From contig JAGYKL010000008.1 in assembly GCA_018401705.1 (NCBI GenBank), forward strand, positions 11,688 to 75,687: 64,000 bases of DNA, read 5' to 3'. A model generated the notes under the pieces. That model saw only the letters and a list, made by a program, of their open reading frames with translations. It had not been told where the DNA came from and searched no databases. The position numbers and the translations under genes were made by a program. The DNA is from Bacteroidia bacterium. Lineage in GTDB: Bacteria > Bacteroidota > Bacteroidia > M30B66. Position 1 is the first letter of the stretch, and each line of letters starts with the position of its first letter. This document shows positions 58,656-64,000 of the stretch, one piece after another.

Positions 58656-59837
58656 ATGAGGTTATTATACAGCGACATCTTGATTCCTCTCGATCAAGCG
58701 CCCATACAAATGGGTATGTTGGTAGTTTCAGAATCAGGAAAGATTGAAGAAATTGTTAGCCCCAATAGCGAGAATTACAGCCTTGAGAATGCTCAGTATT
58801 ATGCAGGTGCGCTTATTCCGGGTTTTGTAAATGCTCATTGCCACCTAGAATTAAGCCACCTAAAAAACAAGGTCTCACGACATACTCAACTTGATGGTTT
58901 TGTTGAAGAATTAATGTCGGTAAGGTCTGCTTCGCAGGAAGAAATTTCATCTTCTATGAAGGCCGCTGAAGAAGAACTTTTTACAAAAGGATGCGTGGCT
59001 GTTGGTGATATTTCTAACGGCAGTGCATCATTTCAAATCAAGCAAGGCTCAAAAATTCAGTTTCATACATTTATTGAACGATTTGGCCTTTCGGCCGATG
59101 TTGCCTCGAGAAGCTTTGAATCTGGCATCTCTCTCCTCAATTCGCTTCAGGAATTGAACTTGAATGGAAGTTTGAGTCCACACGCTCCTTATTCGGTTTC
59201 GGATAAGCTGATTGACATGATAATCGAACATTGCCTTGATAATCATTCGATTATGACCATACATCATCAAGAAAGTCATTCAGAAAACGATTTGTTCCAG
59301 TCTGGCCAAGGGCCTATGTTAGAGCGCTTTCAGCGGATGGGCATTTCAGCCAGCGGATTTAACGCAAAAGGCAAAAGCTCTGCATCTTGGCTGGCAGATA
59401 GAATTCATACAAATCAAAAAATCATGCTTGTTCATAATACATTTTCTAACAGGGAAGATGTGCAAGCAATTCATGTAAAAACAAAAAATGCATACTTCTG
59501 TCTTTGTCCAAAAGCGAATCTTTATATCAGCAATGCATTACCTAATTTAAACATGCTTCTCGAAGAAGAATGCGAATTGATTATTGGCACCGATAGTCTT
59601 GCCTCTAATGATTCTTTAGATATGTTAGATGAATTAAGAACAATTCAAAATGCATTTCCTTCAATTTCGAGTCCTGACTTATTTCGTTGGGCTTGCCTAA
59701 ATGGCGCAAAAGCTATGGGAATGGAAAATAATCTGGGAAGTTTCAGCATCGGCAAAACGCCCGGAATTGTGAATATTTCAAACTTCAATGCTAAAGAAAT
59801 GTTAATTCTTCCCGAAAGTGAGGCACGCATAGTTTGA
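58656..59837 (+). CDS. Amidohydrolase family protein (metal-dependent deaminase/hydrolase-like)
   Basis: FVNAHCHLELS metal-binding HxH motif at 393 aa. Confidence 0.7.
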   Translation: MRLLYSDILIPLDQAPIQMGMLVVSESGKIEEIVSPNSENYSLENAQYYAGALIPGFVNAHCHLELSHLKNKVSRHTQLDGFVEELMSVRSASQEEISSSMKAAEEELFTKGCVAVGDISNGSASFQIKQGSKIQFHTFIERFGLSADVASRSFESGISLLNSLQELNLNGSLSPHAPYSVSDKLIDMIIEHCLDNHSIMTIHHQESHSENDLFQSGQGPMLERFQRMGISASGFNAKGKSSASWLADRIHTNQKIMLVHNTFSNREDVQAIHVKTKNAYFCLCPKANLYISNALPNLNMLLEEECELIIGTDSLASNDSLDMLDELRTIQNAFPSISSPDLFRWACLNGAKAMGMENNLGSFSIGKTPGIVNISNFNAKEMLILPESEARIV

Positions 59838-59897
59838 TTGCTTAAACTTGCAGGTTAATCACTTCTCCTCCCAACTGAAAAGTGATTGATTATTGTG

Positions 59898-62846
59898 ATG
59901 GATGATTTTCAACTGATTTTTACCTTCTTTCGCCAACCTTCGTATGGCTTGAGTTTAGAGGCTTTTCTTGTTAAAATACTGGAGAACAAAACATTCTCCT
60001 ACCAATATCAAAGGCTTGTTTACGAAAGAATGGGCGATTATGATTATCCATTTACTGAAGCTCAAAAGAAGGTTTTAAGAAAGATAAGTGAGTTAAGTCC
60101 GAAAAGTATTGAGACACAATTCAACAAAAAGAAGCTAAAGTCAAATATTTTCCTTGAGAAACTTGCTACTAACGAGGAGCAGCTTAAAATGCTGTCTTCA
60201 TACTTCGACCGCAGACTAGCGGCTTGTTTAGACCTACTTAAGGGCGAAAAGGTATACTGGCGCGAAAGAGCAAGCGACCATCCGGGTATGGAAGAGTATC
60301 TTATTGAAAGTGACGCAGCAGAGGTTACCTACTTTTTCGATAAGGAAGAAGAGGGCATCAATTACAAATTGAATGTAACTCATCAAGGTAAGCAACTTAA
60401 TCTTCAGCATCCAGGCACTCAAGTTCTTGCTCATAACCCCTGCTGGTTGCTAAACAACGGAAAGATTTATCATTTTAATGATACAACCGACGGTTCTAAA
60501 CTTAGTCCCTTTTTGAAGTCAGAGCAACTTCATATTCCCGGAAAACTAGCTGATAAATTCCTGGAATCTTTTATGCTCAAGACTTCCAGAAAATTCAAAG
60601 TTCAATATAGCGGTTTCGATGTAAGAACTGAGCCAGAGAGCCAGTCGGCAATGTTGTCTTTAGGCTCCGACTTAGATGGAAAGCCCATTATTCAGTTAAG
60701 TTTTAAATACGATCGATTTGTTGTTACAGCAGCTCAAGAGCAACCTACCTTAGTGGCTGTTCAAAAAAGCGAGCCTGGCATAAAGCTTTTGAGGTTTTCA
60801 AGAGATAAAGATTACGAAGCCGCAAAATTAAACTCAGCGCTCGAGCTCGGTTTAAAACCGCTTAGGCCGTCATGGTTTTTACCTGATGTATTATTTGAAT
60901 CAAATGTCACCGAAGAATTAATTGTTGATTGGTTTTCTCAAAACAAAGAAAAAATAAAAGAGGCAGGATTAGAATATTCTCTTATTCACAAGGAAGCAGA
61001 ATATGTTGCCAGTCTGCCGGTTTTGAAGAACGTTCAGATAAATCAAAACTCCGATTGGTTTGATGTGAAAGCCATGGTAGACATTGATGGGGTACTTTTC
61101 CCCTTTATCCGTTTTAGAAGAAACATCATCGACAGAGACCGCAGCTTCAAACTTCCTAATGGGAAATATGTGCTTTTGCCTGAAGAGTGGTTTGCTCAAT
61201 ATTCAGATTTGTTTGAGTTTGGAGAACATCATAATGATGAACTTAGGCTTCACAAACAGCATCAAGGTTTATTGAATGACCATCCCATTTTGTCTGGAAT
61301 GCTTACTTCCAACATCAGTGAGGAAAAGTCGGCAATTTACCTTCAGGAGCAGAATCTCAATGCCGAAATCCCTGAACATCTAGAAGCAAAGCTTCGCGAT
61401 TACCAAATCAAAGGATACAGGTGGATGCATAATCTATCTAACAAAGGTTTAGGCGCATGCCTTGCCGATGATATGGGATTAGGTAAAACCCTTCAGGTAA
61501 TAACATTACTACTTAAAAGCAGTCAAGCTCCCGAATCCCATGAAGAAAGCCAGAATTCTGTAAAACAAGAAGGCAGAAATCTCGAGCTTTTTTCCTCGCT
61601 TTCTTCCGGAAAAACATCACTCGTAGTAATGGCTCCTTCGCTGATTTACAACTGGGAGAATGAGTTGAGAAAGTTTGCCCCTACTCTTCACGTAAGAAAA
61701 CATCTTGGTCAAAGAAGACGCAATGATTTAGATTTCTTCACCAATGCTGATGTTATTTTGACAACATACGGCATTGTTCGAAACGACATCTCTTTCCTCA
61801 ATAAAATTAAGTTTGAGCATATTGTGCTAGACGAAAGTCAACTCATTAAAAATGCCCGCTCAGCCAGTTTTCAAGCGGTTCGTCAGCTAACAGCTAAACA
61901 AAGACTCGTTCTTACCGGAACACCTGTAGAAAATTCCCTAACCGACCTTTGGTCGCAGTTAACATTTCTTCAGCCAGGTTTATTGGGTAGCCAAAAGTAT
62001 TTCAAGCAAGAGTTTGTTGTTCCTATTGAGCAACAACAGGATGAAGCAAAACTTGATAAACTCAAAAAAATCATTCAGCCTTTCATTCTTCGTCGAACTA
62101 AAGAAGAAGTAGCCCCCGAGCTTCCTGAATTAAGTCGAAGGGTTTACTATTGCGAAATGTCTGATGTACACCGAAAGTTCTATGAAGAACAAAAGTCGAT
62201 TTATCGAAATAAAATTCTTGAAAGCGTTAATAAATCAGGCATCGAAAAGAGTCAGATGTTAATTCTTAGAGGATTGTCGCATCTTCGTCAAATTGCTATT
62301 CACCCAAAACTGGTTGATTCTGCCTATGAAGGCGATTCTGCTAAGATTGAACAAGTTAAGTTTGTTCTAAACCAGCTCAAACAAAGCGATAAGAAGGTCT
62401 TGATGTTCTCTCCTTTCGTGAGACATTTGAATCTTTACAAAAATCATTTTCAAGATGCATCTTTACCTCATGCATACTTAACTGGTGAGATTCCTCAAAC
62501 ACAACGAGCTGATGTTGTTAAGAATTTTGAGCTCACTAAAGGCTACACAGCATTCCTTATCCAACTAAAAACTGGAGGGTCTGGACTAAATCTCACTCAT
62601 GCAGATCACGTATTTCTTCTTGACCCTTGGTGGAACCCGGCAGCCGAAGAACAGGCTATTGCCAGATCGCACCGTATGGGACAAAAATTTCCTGTGTTTG
62701 CTTGGAGGTTTATTACAAAAGATACAATTGAAGAGAAAATCCTCCATTTGCAAGAAAAGAAGTCACGCTTAGCAAGTGATATTCTAGAAAAGACATCGGC
62801 AGTTGGCAGAATTTCTAAGACTGAGCTTGACGAGCTTTTTTCTTAA
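59898..62846 (+). CDS. SNF2-family helicase with N-terminal bacterial SNF2-associated domain (YwqA-like)
   Basis: DEXH motif LADDMGLGKTLQ. DESQ box VLDESQLIKN. Helicase-C motifs. ~480-aa N-terminal non-ATPase region. Track start is TTG 59886. Confidence 0.88.
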   Translation: MDDFQLIFTFFRQPSYGLSLEAFLVKILENKTFSYQYQRLVYERMGDYDYPFTEAQKKVLRKISELSPKSIETQFNKKKLKSNIFLEKLATNEEQLKMLSSYFDRRLAACLDLLKGEKVYWRERASDHPGMEEYLIESDAAEVTYFFDKEEEGINYKLNVTHQGKQLNLQHPGTQVLAHNPCWLLNNGKIYHFNDTTDGSKLSPFLKSEQLHIPGKLADKFLESFMLKTSRKFKVQYSGFDVRTEPESQSAMLSLGSDLDGKPIIQLSFKYDRFVVTAAQEQPTLVAVQKSEPGIKLLRFSRDKDYEAAKLNSALELGLKPLRPSWFLPDVLFESNVTEELIVDWFSQNKEKIKEAGLEYSLIHKEAEYVASLPVLKNVQINQNSDWFDVKAMVDIDGVLFPFIRFRRNIIDRDRSFKLPNGKYVLLPEEWFAQYSDLFEFGEHHNDELRLHKQHQGLLNDHPILSGMLTSNISEEKSAIYLQEQNLNAEIPEHLEAKLRDYQIKGYRWMHNLSNKGLGACLADDMGLGKTLQVITLLLKSSQAPESHEESQNSVKQEGRNLELFSSLSSGKTSLVVMAPSLIYNWENELRKFAPTLHVRKHLGQRRRNDLDFFTNADVILTTYGIVRNDISFLNKIKFEHIVLDESQLIKNARSASFQAVRQLTAKQRLVLTGTPVENSLTDLWSQLTFLQPGLLGSQKYFKQEFVVPIEQQQDEAKLDKLKKIIQPFILRRTKEEVAPELPELSRRVYYCEMSDVHRKFYEEQKSIYRNKILESVNKSGIEKSQMLILRGLSHLRQIAIHPKLVDSAYEGDSAKIEQVKFVLNQLKQSDKKVLMFSPFVRHLNLYKNHFQDASLPHAYLTGEIPQTQRADVVKNFELTKGYTAFLIQLKTGGSGLNLTHADHVFLLDPWWNPAAEEQAIARSHRMGQKFPVFAWRFITKDTIEEKILHLQEKKSRLASDILEKTSAVGRISKTELDELFS

Positions 62847-62910
62847 TCCCACCTTCGGTGGAGTATAGAAAATATCTACGAAAAGACTAGTTTAGCAAAA
62901 ATCTCTTTGT

Positions 62911-64000
62911 ATGACCCAATCCGCAACTAGGAAACACCCTAAGGCTCTCCCTTTTCTGTTTTTCACCGAAATGTGGGAACGTTTCGGGTTCTATCTAATG
63001 ATAGGAATCTTCCAGCTTTATATGACGGCCCCTCTCGCTGAAGGAGGTTTAGCTTTCGACAGAAAAGACGCTGCCGATATCTATGGAACTTTTATTGCCT
63101 TTGTGTTTCTAACTCCCTTTTTGGGAGGAATGCTTGCCGACAGGGTACTCGGCTACGGACGCTCCATCTACATTGGAGGTACTTTAATGGGCCTGGGATA
63201 TTGCGGTTTAGCCCTCGACGGAATGACTTCCTTCTATATTTCACTCTCACTAATCATACTTGGAAACGGTTTTTTCAAACCCAATATTTCAGCTCTTCTG
63301 GGTAATTTATATTCTGAAGACCAGTTCAAGGCAAATAAAGATAGTGGCTACAACATTTTCTACATGGGCATAAATATAGGTGCTCTGGTGTGCAATTTTT
63401 TTGCGGCATTTATGCGAAATAGATTTGGCTGGGAATTCGCTTTCCTTACTGCAGGTATCGGAATGTTTATAGGTCTAATCATTTTTGCCTTAGGCACTAG
63501 GCATTACAAACATGCTGATATTATCAAAAAAGCTGAAAAAGAAGACATGTCGGTAATGCGGATTCTAACAGTTGTGTTGCTGCCAGCCATTGCCGTAGGC
63601 ATTGGCGGATGGTTAATTCCCGGTAATATTTTAGGCTCTGACTCAACAGATGCTTTCATTTTTGCTGCTATTCCGGTCGTAATTTTCTATGTCTCTCTTT
63701 GGGTTAGAGCTTCTGAAAAAGACAAGCGCCCGATTGCTGCATTACTTGCTATTATGGCTGTTAGCGTAATGTTCTGGGCGGTATTTAAACAAAATGGAAC
63801 TGCATTAACCACCTGGGCGCAGTTTTATACCGACCGTGAAATGCCAGCTGCTATTTCAGAAACTGCTGAAGACCTTTATCTTGCTCAAACATTAGTTAAC
63901 AAATCTGACTCTGTGCCTCACTATAACAATGAATTTCAGCTGGTTAAAGTGAATGGTATGGCAGAAAAAATATGGGATAAACCTGTCTACTTCAGAAATG
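62911..64000 (+). CDS. POT/PTR2 family di-/tripeptide:proton symporter. 3' partial, runs off the window.
   Basis: FTEMWERFGFY, GGMLADRVLG and FYMGINIGAL PTR2 signatures. No in-frame stop before position 64000. Confidence 0.85.
   Translation, partial: MTQSATRKHPKALPFLFFTEMWERFGFYLMIGIFQLYMTAPLAEGGLAFDRKDAADIYGTFIAFVFLTPFLGGMLADRVLGYGRSIYIGGTLMGLGYCGLALDGMTSFYISLSLIILGNGFFKPNISALLGNLYSEDQFKANKDSGYNIFYMGINIGALVCNFFAAFMRNRFGWEFAFLTAGIGMFIGLIIFALGTRHYKHADIIKKAEKEDMSVMRILTVVLLPAIAVGIGGWLIPGNILGSDSTDAFIFAAIPVVIFYVSLWVRASEKDKRPIAALLAIMAVSVMFWAVFKQNGTALTTWAQFYTDREMPAAISETAEDLYLAQTLVNKSDSVPHYNNEFQLVKVNGMAEKIWDKPVYFRN

Noticed and set aside
59886-62846. SNF2 helicase as part of a phage-defence or mobile system
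   Set aside because: No adjacent nuclease, methyltransferase, integrase or other partner. Flanking genes are metabolic or transport. Architecture matches housekeeping YwqA/RapA-like proteins.
1-64000. tRNA, rRNA, CRISPR arrays, transposases or integrases
   Set aside because: Intergenic gaps are short and AT-rich with no cloverleaf-compatible sequence. No repeat-spacer arrays and no DDE or tyrosine-recombinase-like ORFs were seen.

Overview
This 64 kb window reads as a gene-dense chromosomal segment from an AT-rich Bacteroidota genome, probably of Flavobacteriia, Cytophagia or Sphingobacteriia type. Three things point that way: Rho carries a long N-terminal insertion, two proteins carry T9SS C-terminal sorting domains, and TAnnTTTG -7 promoter boxes recur in front of genes. 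Nearly all genes are recognisable core functions: nadK, pdxJ, trpS, mpl, rho, lpxD, lptD, rpmE2, lon, NDH-2, dusB, thiL, icd, recJ, metF, rlmN, a YwqA-type SNF2 helicase and a partial POT transporter at the 3' edge. I found no rRNA, tRNA or CRISPR array, no integrase, transposase or phage gene, and no recognisable defence island. The accessory-looking content is modest. There is a Wzx/Wzz-like/Wzy trio with no glycosyltransferase beside rho. There is an LPS block, lpxD then GAF-PP2C phosphatase then a J-domain membrane protein then lptD then a SPOR amidase then MlaD. There is a split HdrDE-like membrane Fe-S pair plus a small conserved protein. There is a tightly coupled carotenoid sub-cluster, crtD-like, cruF-like, crtZ, crtYcd. 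There are two T9SS cargo proteins, one a large secreted protein with four tandem ~70-aa Cys repeats. There are a few conserved hypotheticals. The most sequence-specific observations are a ~220-aa disordered, Q/N-rich prion-like insertion in Rho, a perfect 18-bp palindrome between the Hsp20 gene and a zinc-peptidase gene, and several 5' ORF over-extensions in the supplied track, some called from TTG. Those over-extensions can be corrected using terminators and promoter boxes. I see no convincing evidence of a wholly novel multi-gene system and say so rather than invent one.
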